From: Stegostoma tigrinum
Lineage: Eukaryota
NCBI RefSeq assembly: GCF_030684315.1
Contig: NC_081384.1
Location: 37,064,310-37,128,309 of the forward strand
Direction: 5' to 3'
Length of the DNA stretch: 64,000 nt
The first letter of the stretch is position 1, and each line of letters starts with the position of its first letter. Below are positions 35,563 to 47,773 of this stretch, piece after piece. The notes below the pieces were generated by a model. It was not told the origin of the DNA, did no database searches, and saw only the letters and a list, made by a program, of their open reading frames with translations. A program made the position numbers and the translations under genes.

Positions 35563-37944
35563 CCTATTGTAAAAGCCCTCAGTTGATTACAGCAGATTCA
35601 CTCTCAGTTATTGCCCATGCTCAAGCCTTTATCTTACTGTGGTCTAGTTCTTCTGAATTTTCCAACAGGTTTTGAAATGTTTCCACATGGAAAAGTATTC
35701 ATTAAGCCAAATATGCACAAATGTCCAGGATAGTGAGTCAAATCAGAAAAAGAAATGATAAAATCGAGAATATTGATGAGCAAGGAAATATAAAATTGGA
35801 GGAGATATTGACTAAAATTCTTAAACATTCTTGAACACTGTTGTTTCTATTTTACATTGATGACCTGGTATTAAAACCATTTGTGATCTTACAGATATCT
35901 TAAAAGTAAGGAGAGTCTTTTAGATAAAACTTCATGTTCCTGATTTGCAGAGACATTTGATTTGTTTACCCAACTGAATAGGCGCAGAGAAACTAAATTA
36001 TTTATTGTGATTGCAAAGTATGACATATGGGTGAAAAATGTGCGATAGCAGAAACGTTATGAGCACACTATAAGTAAGACGAGAGGCTTTTAAGATGAAC
36101 TCCTGGCTGACATTTGTAAAGAAAATGTATTCAGCGGGAATTTTTATAATATATGTTAATCGTCAAATGACATCAAAACAGTGTGCAGATGAATTTCATA
36201 TGATTGAATTAATCTGTCTGTTATGAATACCACTATGAATAATTTTAGGTCATTAGACCTTAACCAGGGAAATCAATGGATTCATTACTTTCTCTGTCCA
36301 GGCAGTGGGACAATTTAAGATAAGTTTGATTAAAGCTTGTATATATAAAGGCACAGAGTTCAGCGCGTCACCAATCAAGCCTCCTACTGTTGTTCCTCAT
36401 CCAACATTACTTCATCCTCCTATCTTTATGTAGCTTCCTCTTACCTGCATCTACATTATTCAGCTCAGCTACTCCCTGTGATAAAAAGTGTTCCACATTC
36501 TCAATGCTCTCTGCACAAAGTAGTTTCTGCTTTAAGTTTAGGAGTTGTCTCACAAGGGCTGTTGCATCCGTCTGTCATTGCCAGGAGATCTGGGTTCAAG
36601 GGCCAGCTGAGCCAGATGAGTCACAATATGTCTGAACAGGTTGATTCAAAATATCTATCTTTTCTTGTAATTTATCAGGTCACCCCTCAGCTTCCTTTCC
36701 CCATGCAAGTTAGAGGAGACCCAGACTGTCCTCCTTCCTTGATAAATGGAACCTCACATTTCTGATACAATCCTCATGAATCTACTCAGGATTCTGCACT
36801 AATTAGCTTCTGGACCGAAAATCACGTAATAAAAATTATTGAAAGTGGAAGAAGTTGTATTATACGTAACGAGAACAATTAAGGGAAAATATTAAATTTC
36901 TTTTAAGGTCCCGCAATTGCAAAGGTATTACAAAATGATTCTTGCTGAGGTTTTGAGGGTTTTTTCCCTCAAGATTTATCTGAGAAGGGCTGTTTTCAGT
37001 GGCTCCAATATCCATGATGGGGTTCAACAGAAAATCCTCTTCAGTTTACTTCAGCTCCTGGCTTCATTGTGTGCTGCAGTTTAGGTTTTCTGGTGGAGGA
37101 GAAGTGATGCCTTTGACCATGACCAAACAGATTTATTACACAGAGAAATATTCCTTTATCAGCAGCAAGAAGTCCGCCTTAGAATTTTTTTAATGATAGC
37201 TGTTAACCTATACCCTCATAAAATCATGACATTTCACAATAGTGAATTGGCAATCTGTTCAACATCTCTCACAAATATAATAAAAATCAAAAAATACCCA
37301 AACCTCTGTCGATTTGCTATCACTCTTTTGATTCCAAGGCACAAATTCAAAACACACCCAAACATTTATAACAGCTTTCTCGAGCAATATCACGACCAAT
37401 GTCTATCTAAAAACCTAACTGACGAGGAGGACTTCAGAATACCTGACTTGGTTAAGGTAGATCAATGTACCTTTGAGAAAATAACTGGAATCTTCTGAAA
37501 CAGCTAAAGGATATTTGAATAAATGTGGCAGGGTGCCTGTAGTTGAGTGGAGTAGCTTGTGGCTCCCTCAGTCAGATATCAGCTATCTAATTTTATAAGT
37601 TCAAGAAGGTGGCTCATTGCCATCTTCTCAAGGAAAATTAGGGACGGTATCATGATTCCGTTAGGGATCGTTACTATTTAAAGAAGATATCTAAACACCC
37701 TGTAATTCACTGACAGAATTATACCACAAGATTTCACATCCTTTGAAACAAAACACAAACAGTAAGCTATAAATAAGGAAATTAAATAAAGCAATATTAT
37801 TGATGTAACATTTTAACTTACAAAGATTAAAGCTATAAACTCAGTTTCCATAACTTACAAAATCTGAAAAGTTCATGTTTTGTTCAGGCGGCCAACTCTG
37901 AAGATATGCCACAGTCCTCTGGAATTTAATTGAATTATACTTAG

Positions 37945-38420
37945 TATTCCAGGATGTTGCTAAGAATGAAGGATTTGAGTTATAAGGAGAGGCTGGATAG
38001 GCTAAGACATTCTTTTTCATCAGAGTGTAGGAGGCTGAGAGGTGACCTTATAGAGGTTTATAAAATAAGGTGAATGGCCGGCTTTTCTTCTCTAAGGTGG
38101 GGAATTTCAAGAGAATAGGGCATATTTTTAAGGCGAGAAGAGAAAGATTTAAAAAAGACATGTGAGGCAATTTTTTTTTTTACACAGAATGGTTTGTGTG
38201 TGGAATGAACGTGCAGAGAAAATGGAGGATGTGCCTACTGTTACAACAATTAAAAGAGATTTAGATGAGTACATGAGTAGAAAAAGATTGGATGGATATG
38301 AGCTATGCACAGGCATATGGGACTAGTCTAGTTTGGGATTATGGTCGTCATGGACTGGTTGGACCAAGGGGTCTGTTTCCATGCTGTATGACTTGCTGAT
38401 TCTATCACTCTGCGACTCTA
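37945..38420 (+). mobile_element. CR1/HER1 3' end
   Basis: GAGGCTGGATAGGCT..AGGAGGCTGAGAGGTGACCTTATAGAGGTTTATAAAAT (RLRGDLIEVYK) and a 3' UTR ending CTCTAT. Confidence 0.88.
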
Positions 38421-39604
38421 TTCTTCTGAAGATCCTTCCATTAACTTTATAGGCAACGTAATCCTGCACCTTTTCTGTTACCTATATCATGACTGGGGTG
38501 CCTCAGCTACTTGTTTAAGTTGTCAACTCTACTTCTGCTTTCTGTTATACAGCTCTGTGAGCAACACTGTAGATTTCATCACTAGCAGTGTGCTGGAGCA
38601 TATTTTCCAATACTTTTCACTCAAAATCCAAACTGTAATAGAGCACCACACATATTCCATGCAGTAAAAGATAAAGTTAGTGTTTATTTTTGCTTAGAAT
38701 GCAGGTGTAACTTGCTGTTGGTTCTCTCAATCTGATGAAATGCAAAGCTACAATTCCCTCTATCTGTTCCCAAACTGAGCAGCCTGCTTTTATTAGAGAA
38801 AACAAGCTGATCAATCAAACAAAAGAACTTCTAAAAAAGGATCCACTGCAAATCATCATGTTTATGGCAAAGTGACACATTGGGCATGTTTGTGGGTAGG
38901 AAAGCAAATTAACTACCTTTTAATTCAAAAGGTTTTGTGGATTTTAGGAAGAAATATCCTTAACGTCTATAACGGAGTTTTAACAACCTGTCTCCCACAA
39001 TTGTTAGCGCTGACTTCTTCAGTTAACATGGTCCCACCTTTAAGTATAATAAACTCCAACCTTATTTGAAATGTATTTACTTGAGTATTGCATTTCAGTC
39101 TTTAGAGCAGATGCTCCCACTTGCCTACAGTTAAAACTTTAACTCCTGTCACTAGAAGTTACATCCTAAACCAAATATGAATTACGAACTGGAAAATCAC
39201 ATCAATGGGATAGAAATGCCAGTGCCACATTGCATGAAAGAAATAAAAAACAGTAATGTGTTAAACTGGGATATGATTCTTCAAACGTTCAATAATAGGA
39301 TAAAGAAGACAATACCAGACAAAATCTTAAAAAGTCACCTTACTTGTAGGCGTACGTAGAATATGTAATGATATAGACCAAAGAAACTCAGAGTATCAGG
39401 TGAATAGGTCCGGATGATGTGAATTCAAATTAAGGTAAATTAATTCTAAAATGATGGGTAGGTGCTCTTCAAGTTTGTGTTTTTTTAATGAAAATATGCA
39501 GCACTTTATATTTACAGAATGAAATAAATATTGCAAAATGCTTATAAAGTGCTGTAAAGCTGTGATTCATGCAGTCAATCAGATCAAAGGATCAGATTAT
39601 ACTA

Positions 39605-40180
39605 TGAATGGAGTAGGCGATTCAGCCCTTTGAGCCTTGTCCACCATTCAATGTGAACTTCTGCCATATTCCGACATTCACACCATGCCCCAGATGACTT
39701 TAAAATCTAAAAAACTTATCTCTTTCTTGAATATATTCAGTGATTCGGCTTCCACAGCCTTAAATGATAGAGAATTCTACAAGCTTCCTCACATCAGTCC
39801 TATATGGTCTACTTTGTATCCAAGTCTATCCTCAGTTCTAGACTCCCCAACCAGGGAAACATCCTCACTGCATCTCGCTAGACAAGCCTGTAAAAGTTAG
39901 ATACATTTCAAGCAGATCTCCCCTCATTCTTCAAAACGCTTGTGAATGCGGGCCCAGTTGAAACAATATCGTCTCATAGGATAGTCCCGTCTTCCCTGTA
40001 TCAACCTATTGAAATTTTGTTGCACTCCATCCGTGGCAAGGATATCCTTTCTTAGATAGGGAGATCAAAGAGCCTCGCAATACTCCAGGTGTGGTCTCAC
40101 TAAACTTTTGTACAAATCCAGTAAGACTTCTCAACTACTTCTCAACTCAAATCTTGCAATTAAGGTCAATATACCATTTG
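39605..40180 (-). mobile_element. CR1 3' fragment
   Basis: GGAGTAGGCGATTCAGCCCTTTGAGCC; TCCTTTCTTAGATAGGGAGATCAAA..AATACTCCAGGTGTGGTCTCAC. Confidence 0.8.
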
Positions 40181-40289
40181 TACAGTATCCAGCAGATTTC
40201 AGAGCATTCTCAGAGCTGGACCAATCAGACTCCACCAAAATCAATTGCTGCTGCATACATATTCCAAAAATAATTATTCCAATATCTAC

Positions 40290-41910
40290 TGGCTAAAATT
40301 TTCCAGCCTTCATTAGCCTTGGGGATGGTGAGAGAAGACTGGAAAATTGTAAACATTGGATCTTCATGTTCAAAAAAGGATATAAGGGGAAATCTAGGTC
40401 AATCTGTTTAACCTCAGAACACTTTTAGAAATGATAACTCAAGACAAATTTAATTGTCACTTAAGCAAATGCAGATTAATTAAGAAAACTCTGCAAATAC
40501 TTGTGCACATCAAGTTAAAGTAACTGTTTGAATTTTTCGATGAGATTGCAGAGATTTGGAGGTGCCAAGGGTAGCTGGGAGAGGGGGGAGTTCATGCTTT
40601 TTTTATGGTCTATATGTGTTGCCAAAAAGTGTTCAATACAATGCCATGCAGCAGGCTTGCGACCAAAGTTATAGCTCAGGGAATAAAAGGGACAGTAGCA
40701 ACATGGATACGAAATTGTCCAAGTGACAGAAAATAACGTGCAGTGGTGAATGAACAGTTATTTCTTGAATCAGAAGAAGATTTACAGTGGAGTTCCCCAG
40801 TTGTCCCCATTGATATGTTTTAATCACCTAGATCTTGATATAAATACACGGCAAAAATTCAAAACTAGTGAATAATCTAAAATGTTGAAGTTTTATGAAG
40901 GTTAGTGTGGAAGGCTGGCAGTGAGAAAAATGGTGGAGAACTTCAAAAGGACAGGCATATTGATGGAATGGGCCGATAAGTAGAAACAAAGATTTAATGC
41001 AAGAAGAACATGCAGAGACATTATAAAACAAAAGTTATAACTCTAATTAGTTCCGAGAGCAGAGGATCTGGTGATGATTGTGCATAAATCATTGAAGATG
41101 GCAGGACTGCTTGAGAATGCAGTTAACATTGCATACAGCGTCCTGGGTTTTATTAATTGGGGCTTGGAATACAAAAACAGAAGCTGCATAAAACACTACT
41201 TCAGCTTCAAGTGGAGGATTGTGTCAACATTCAGGTAGGATTGGAAGGTATTCGAGAAGGTGCAGAGATGAATCATGTAATGGTGGATTATGAATTATGG
41301 TGGACAACCTTTTTCCCAGAGTGAAAATGTCAAGTATTTGGGGTCATAGGATTTGCTTGAGAGTAGAAAGTTACAGAAGATGCGTAAGGCAAGTTTTTTT
41401 TATACAGAGGGTGCCTGGAATGTGGTGCCAGGGGAGGTGGTAGGAGTAGATATGATGGCAATGTTTAAGAGGCATTTAGAGAGACAAATAGTGATAACGG
41501 AATATGTGCAGACAGATGGAATTCCTATAGCGTGGCATCATGGTCTACACAGACATGGTGGGCCACAGTGCATGTTCCTGTGCTGCACAGCTCTATGGTA
41601 ATGTTTTCAGGGATGAGGAGCCTCAGTTCACAGTTAGATTGGAGAAGCTCGGACTGTTCTCCTTAGAAAGGGCTGACAGAAGATTTGATCAAACTGTTCA
41701 AAATCTTGAGAGACACAGTAGATAGAGATAAACTGTTATCATTTGTGGATAGCTCAAGAGTGGGTATTGGGGTACCTTTAACAAAAGAAGCAATGTCGAC
41801 ATGAGGAAAAGCTTTGTCCTTTTGGGAGTGTAAATGATCTGGAATGCACTGCCTAAGAGTGAGTTGGAGGCAGGCCCAATCAAGGCTTTTGAAAGATGAT
41901 CCAGCTGTAC
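40290..41910 (+). mobile_element. Degenerate CR1 RT/3' region with a nested CR1 3' end (~41290-41600)
   Basis: GACTGGAAAATTG..TTCAAAAAAGG (DWK..FKK); GGAGTTCCCCAG; RLEKLGLFSLE. Confidence 0.8.
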
Positions 41911-42424
41911 AATTTCACAACTGTCCAGCTGAGGAGACACACCAATTGTCTCCTGCCTTTCTTTTTGCCCTTTGTGGCATACTGACAATGCTTAAACTGT
42001 AACCTTGCTTTCACTCAACTGGAGCTCGGCTCTACCATCTTCCTCACTAACTCAGGGCTATCAGTCTGTGTTGGGAACCTTGGACAACTGAACCCACCCG
42101 TGTCCATTAATGATGCCCCAGCTTCCTCCATCTTAGAACATAGCCCAGTTTTCTCCAATCTTGGACGCTACCCCTGGATCCAGACACAAACATGCAACAT
42201 TCCTTAGGCTAAGGCCTCTCTGTTCTGCTTTCTGCAAAGAGTGAGTTATTAGGTACCAACTGCGTTTGATGTTAAACTTCCTCAGAGTCATGTGGACAGA
42301 GTCATTTCAATAGTTGGAAGAGTTGGTCCATATCTGTATGAGACACAACCTGACTGTTAGCTTCAAATCAAATACACCTTAATCCTGGCTGCGGAACAAC
42401 ATCTTATGTATTATGTAAGAAGAC

Positions 42425-42570
42425 AATAAAAGCATATATTGCAGATGTTAGAAATCTGAAACAGAGACATAGAATGCTAATGAAACTCAGCAGGTTTGAC
42501 AGAATCTGAGGAGAAAAAAATACAATTAATATTCCGAATGTTCAGAACTCTTCTTCAGAACTGAAAGGCA
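42425..42570 (-). mobile_element. PLE family C pLTR fragment
   Basis: GCAGATGTTAGAAATCTGAAACAG..GAAACTCAGCAGGTTTG..CTCTTCTTCAGAACT. Confidence 0.6.
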
Positions 42571-42799
42571 TTGGAAAATAGTTTCATTTTTACACATTTG
42601 ACAAGCCAGAGGGGCAGCAAGAAGGCAGATGGTAGAGGTGCAGTGCAAAAGACAAAGTGGTTGTTAATGGAAATAAGAAGAAATGTAAAAAGGGCGTAAA
42701 TTAAGGAGAGGAAATTGATCCACCCTACAATAAAGCTTTATGTGTCAACCATACACAGAATGATCAACAATAGATAAAGCCTATTCTTAAAACAGTCAT

Positions 42800-43460
42800 A
42801 ATAATAGATAGTTACAACACAGAAAATAAACGCCTTTCTGTGCATCCACAATGGTTATAAACAACCATTTAACTGTTTGAATCCTGTTTTCCAGCACTTG
42901 GCCCATATCCTAGTGCACATCTACATCCTTTTTCAATGTTGTGAGGGTTTCTGCCTCTACCACCCTCGCAGGCAGTGAGTCTCAGATTCGCACTACCCTC
43001 TGTGTGAAAAGATCTGTCCTTACATCTCCCTTAACCTCCAGCCCCTTACCTTAAATCTAAGTCCCCGGTCACAATCCCACCATCAACGGACAAGTTTCTC
43101 CCTGTCTACACTTTCTATTTTATACAACTCAATCATGTCCTCCTCTCTTCTGCTCTAAGGAAAACAACTCCAGTCAATCCAATCTAGACTGGGACTCTCC
43201 AGCCCAGGCAACATCCTTGTAAATCTCCTCTACTCCTTCTCCAGCGCAATCCCTCCTGTAATGTGGTTTCCAGAACTGCACATAATATTCAAGCTGCGAT
43301 AGAACCAGTCTGAGTATAATGTCCCTGCTCTTAATCTCTACATCCTGGCTAACAAAGACTTGCACACTAAGGTCCCACTGATCCTCAGTGCATTCCAGGT
43401 TCCTAGTGTTTATCATGGAATCCCTTGTTTTATTTGTTTTGGCCAAGTTTATCACTAAGA
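42800..43460 (-). mobile_element. CR1 3' fragment
   Basis: Minus ORF LRLVLSQLEYYVQFWKPHYRRD. Confidence 0.85.
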
Positions 43461-43828
43461 GAGTAAGAATAGTTAAGTCAGGAAGTCTTGTTTGAGTTAT
43501 GTAGCTTAGGGGAGAATAGCTACAACTCTTCACATAATTAGCTTGTCTTCAGAAAAGGTAGCAATAGACATAGCTTTAGGATCACGTGCCTTTGATGCAG
43601 GCAATATCTATCATATAAACGAGCATTGTTTTCAACAGTTTGTTATTATTTTTACTTTTTAGCAAATGAAGAGCTCTAGAGCCAAATCGCAGCCTCCCCA
43701 TTTGCTGAGTTTAAGATGACAAGTCTCAGAATGTGGAGGGCTGCTGCAAGTTTGTTGTTGATCTGGAAATAAACAAATACAAACAGCTAAATTCTGGTCC
43801 TGGATTAGGTTTCATCCAAGATGTCACT

Positions 43829-44145
43829 GGGGCGGCACGGTGGCTCAGTGGTTAGCACTGCAGCCTCACAGTGCCAGGGACCCGGGTTCGATTCCAGCCT
43901 CGGGAGACTGTCTGTGTGGAGTTTGCACACTCTTCCCGTGTCTGTGTGGGTTTCCTCCGGGTGCTCCGGTTTCCTCCCACAGTCCAAAGATGTGCAGGTT
44001 AGGTGGATCGGCCATGCTAAATTGCCCATAGCATTCAGGGGTGTGTGTGTTATAGGGGGATGGGTCTGGGTGGGATGCTCCAAGGGTCAGTGTGGACTTG
44101 TTGGGCCAAAGAGCCTGTTTCCACACTGTAGGGAATTTAATCTAA
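43829..44145 (+). mobile_element. Full-length HE1-type tRNA-derived V-SINE
   Basis: Pol III box A TGGCTCAGTGG (43841-43851), box B GGTTCGATTCC (43885-43895), V-domain GGGTTTCCTCCGGGTGCTCCGGTTTCCTCCCACAGTCCAAAGATGTGC. Confidence 0.93.
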
Positions 44146-44627
44146 AATTTGTTCCATCTCATACTTAGGTGAAATCAATACAATGCTCCTTCCTTAAATC
44201 TAAATTTCTATCACTCTAAGAGTTGCCCTGCAATAATGTGTTGTTAACAACAGGTTTGTTGTGATTGTATCACAGTCACTGTTGGAAATTATTGTGGTTG
44301 GAACAGTTTGTTCTTAGCCTGATTTGTCACAGTTATCTTCACAATTGGCCATGAATTTTATGTAAATTCTTCACTCCACAGCTATAATGTCGTGCTGGTC
44401 ACTTGATGTGCCTACCATGGGTAGACTAAAGATGGACTTGGCTGTACCTGCAGAGCTACACGATAATATAAGAACGCCATTCTAGAACTGTAACCAAATT
44501 ATCAAACTATTCAATATTCATAATGTCATCCAATCTCTTGATTGGGATACTAATACATTGCAACTAAACTGATTACCAGTTTTTATTTCTTTCCATTTGT
44601 CTGCTTTTATTCTGTCCTTCCCTGTCA

Positions 44628-45022
44628 ATCACTGTCTGTCTGGCTCACTGTCTGTCGGGCTCACTGTCTGTCGGGCTCACTGTCTGTCGGGCTCACTGTC
44701 TGTCGGGCTCACTGTCTGTCTGTCTGGCTCACTGTCCGTCTGTCTCACTGTCTTCCTGGGTAGCTCACTGTCTGTCTGGCTGACTGTCTGTCGGGCTCAC
44801 TGTCTGTTGGGCTCACTGTCTGTCTGTCTGGCTCACTGTCTGTCTGGCTCGCTGTCTGTCTGTCTAACTCACTGTCTGTCTGGCTCGCTGTCTGTCTGTC
44901 TAACTCACTGTCTGTCTGTCTGGCTCACTGTCTGACTGTCTGGCTCACTGTCTGACTGTCTGGCTCACCGTCTGACTGTCTGTCTGGCTCACTGTCTTCC
45001 TGGGTAGCTCACTATCTGTCTG
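44628..45022. repeat. CTGT-based compound tandem repeat (units such as CTCACTGTCTGTCGGG, 16-24 bp)
   Basis: Direct reading of the sequence. Confidence 0.93.
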
Positions 45023-45089
45023 GACAGGCTTACCTACCTATCGCACCATAGTAATCGCCAGTCTGCCCTCTTTCCCATACCACGTACAG

Positions 45090-45470
45090 AATCTATGCTG
45101 CCACTGTCCGTGTAGTGCTGAGGTAGTGCTGCGCTGTCTGAGGTGCTCCCTTTTCAATTTCAAGTCAAACTGAGGGTGCAGCTGCCCTCTCAGGGGCGTA
45201 CAAGAACAAATTTTTAAAAATTCCCTGGCACAATCAGGACAAATTTACCCCCGGCGTCAATATTTATCCTAAAACCGATATCACTGGAACAGACATTGTG
45301 GTCATTCATGATCACATGCTGTTTGTGGGATCATGTTATGCACACCTTAGGAGCTCTGTTGCATATATCACATCGGTAAGTGTACGCTAAATGCTTCCTT
45401 GCTTGTAAAGTAGTTTGGGACAAAGCTGAGGGGTGTCTCGAATGATGTAGAGATGGTATTTTCTTTCTCT
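45090..45470 (+). mobile_element. Degenerate Deu-domain SINE (SacSINE1/AmnSINE1-like)
   Basis: CAATATTTATCCT..ATCACTGGAACAGA..GGTCATT..CACATGCTGTTTGTGGGATC..TGTAAAGTAGTTTGGGAC resembles the Deu domain and tail (recalled consensus). Confidence 0.65.
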
Positions 45471-45514
45471 CTCTGAGGTTCCCAGTCTACAGCTTTACCC
45501 ACACCCTCCTGAAA

Positions 45515-46430
45515 ACCCCTCCCCTGTGCCGTCAGCCCCCTCCCCTACCCCTCACTGAGCTGTGACCCCCTCCCCTTCCCCTCTCTGAGCTGTGACCTCC
45601 CCTCCCCTTGCCCTCTCCAAGGCTGTGACTCCCCCTCCAGCCTAAGCTGTGGCCCCCCCCTTCCTCGTTCCCTCACCAAACTGTGACCTCCCTCCCCTTT
45701 CCCTCTCCAAACTGTGACTCCCCCTCCTGTTCCCCTCTCCAAGCTGTGACCCCCATCCCCTTCCCCTCTCCAAGCTGTGACCCCCATCCCCTTCCCCTCT
45801 CCGAGCTGTGACCCTCCCTCCCCTTCCTGTCCCCTAAGCTGTGACCGACCCTCCCCTTCCCCTCCGCTTCCCCTCTCCTAGCTGTGACACCCCTCCCCTT
45901 CGCCTCCCCTAAACTGTGACTCTTCCTCCCCATCCCCTCTCCTAAGCTGTGACCCCCTCCCTTCCTGTCCCCTAAGCTGTGACGCCCCTCCCCTTCACCT
46001 CTCCAAGCTGTGACCTCCCGTCCCCTTCCCCATTCCAAGCTGTGCCCCCCTTCCCCTCTCCAAGCTGTATCTCCCCCTCTTCTTCCCCTCCCCTCAGCTG
46101 TGACTCCCCTTCCCTTCCCCTCTCCAAGCTGTGACCTCCGTCCCCTCCCCCTCTCCATGCTGTGGTCACCCATCCCCTTCCCCTCTCCAAGCTGTGACTC
46201 CCCTTCCCCTCCCCTAAGCTGTGACCTCCCTCTCCTTCCCCTCTCCTAAGCTGTGAACCCCTTCCCTTCCCCTCTCCAAGCTGTGACCCCCTCTCCCCTT
46301 CCCCTCTCCAAGCTGTGACAATCCCTCCCCTAAGCTGTGACCCCCTCCCCTTCCCCTCTCCAAGCTGTGACCCCCCCCTCCTCTTCCCCTCTCCTCAGCT
46401 GTGACCCCCCTTCCCCTTCCCCTCTAAGCT
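45515..46430. repeat. C-rich ~30-bp minisatellite (CCAAGCTGTGACCCCCTCCCCTTCCCCTCT)
   Basis: About 30 units with a near-invariant AGCTGTGAC core and pyrimidine tracts. The minus strand is G-run rich. Confidence 0.93.
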
Positions 46431-46937
46431 CTAACCAACACACCCACTCCCACCCCACTCCTTTTCCTCTGCAAGCAGTGACCATGGGCTAGGCTCGGAG
46501 CTCTGGCCAGCCGCTTAGGCTTGGTTAGCAGCGTCTAGGGGAACAAACAGCGAGGACAGAGGGAGCTGGAAGCACCTGTAGGTGACACTCATTTGTAGCC
46601 AAATCATAGCGATCTTAAACCACTCCACACAGATCCCGCTACCACAACCTACTGAGTCTCTCCTCCTGTATTCATTTATTCTAGCAACACCCGACCAACA
46701 CCTGCTTTTATTGTAAAAACTACATCTAAATACACTCCAAAATCTCCAAGTTATCAGCGAAAAAAAACAGAATTTAAACACGAACTATGGGACACAGAGA
46801 ATAAGATCTTTTCCAGCTGTTATCCTAAATACACCGTGTTTTTATACAAAATATCTTTTCTTGCAAATTGCAGCCTGCAATAAAACGGTGAGCATCAATA
46901 TTTCTGGGCTTTCCCCCTTGTTTTCTCAGGTACTCAC

Positions 46938-46988
46938 GGAGGCGGTGCAGAAACTGAGCAGGAGTAAATAGCTTGCTGGACAGTTCAT
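46938..46988 (-). CDS. Putative first coding exon of an unidentified secreted or membrane protein (MNCPASYLLLLSFCTAS, phase 0)
   Basis: ATG in a good context (AACAACATGA), a hydrophobic YLLLLSF stretch, and a consensus donor GTGAGT immediately after codon 17. It lies in unique, relatively CpG-containing sequence. No downstream exon was confidently identified. Confidence 0.35.
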
Positions 46989-47007
46989 GTTGTTTCTGAT
47001 TCTCCAG

Positions 47008-47032
47008 GAGAGACAGAGAGAGAGAGAGAGAG
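47008..47032. repeat. (GA)n microsatellite
   Basis: GAGAGACAGAGAGAGAGAGAGAGAG. Confidence 0.85.
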
Positions 47033-47773
47033 GAACTGGTGAAGAGCAGGAACAGCCTGAACCCACCGATCGAGTCTCCGGTTGCCAGTCCACGTGTAGG
47101 GGCTGCCTGGGGAAAATAACGGGAACTGAGAGTAACAACAGCAATCCCTCCAAGTGTTCAGCTCCAGCCCTGACCAGTGAAGGAGCAGACGCCAGTCTCA
47201 GAATACTGACTGAGTCTGCAGCAATCCTTGGGATTATTCAACACATTGCAAACATCCCCAGTCCCAAATTTGCCCGAGACTGGATTAAACTGCCCCTATC
47301 TCCCCTCCCCTTAGTGTGTAACAACCGGACTCGGGGGGAGAGGTGGATGGTTACACCATCCCCCGTACAATTTAATCCCCTCTCGCCTCCTACTGATTAC
47401 ACGTTCAGTACTGACTCTCCCTCTCGTTGTTCGGGCTTGTGCACGGTAAATTGCTGTCCGCTCTAATGATCGAAATCAAGGGTTCAGTTATTGATACTGC
47501 CAAAACATGGGGATGGAATGACCTGCGGGCGAAGTGAAGCTAGAGTCTTGACTTGGGACCATCCCATCACATGCTGTTTGTAACATTGTCACAACTCTAA
47601 CGGTTTTAAACTAAAATACACTGAGCCTAACAACAGCAAGTTCCCTGGAAGTCCCACGTAGTAGGTGATCTGACCCATCACATTTTGAATTTTGTTTTAA
47701 CCTCAAATAGTAACGTCAGGAGCAAGGCAAGTCCAATACTGGTGGAGTGGCTGGAAACAGAGAATTGCGGTCA

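Noticed and set aside
36999-37083. Plus-strand peptide GSNIHDGVQQKILFSLLQLLASLCAAV* resembling a GPI-anchor terminal exon
   Set aside because: Short polypyrimidine tract, no upstream exons found, and opposite strand to the only other gene candidate.
43829-43900. tRNA gene
   Set aside because: Box A/B head continues directly into the HE1 SINE body; it is a tRNA-derived SINE head.
44597-46249. ORFs 44597-44935 and 45545-46249 with repetitive Cys/Leu/Ser or Gly/Arg/Glu content
   Set aside because: They are translations of tandem repeats.
46987-47466. 159-aa plus-strand ORF
   Set aside because: Includes a (GA)n-derived ERERER stretch and has no recognisable domain. It is more plausibly antisense to a 5' UTR or promoter.
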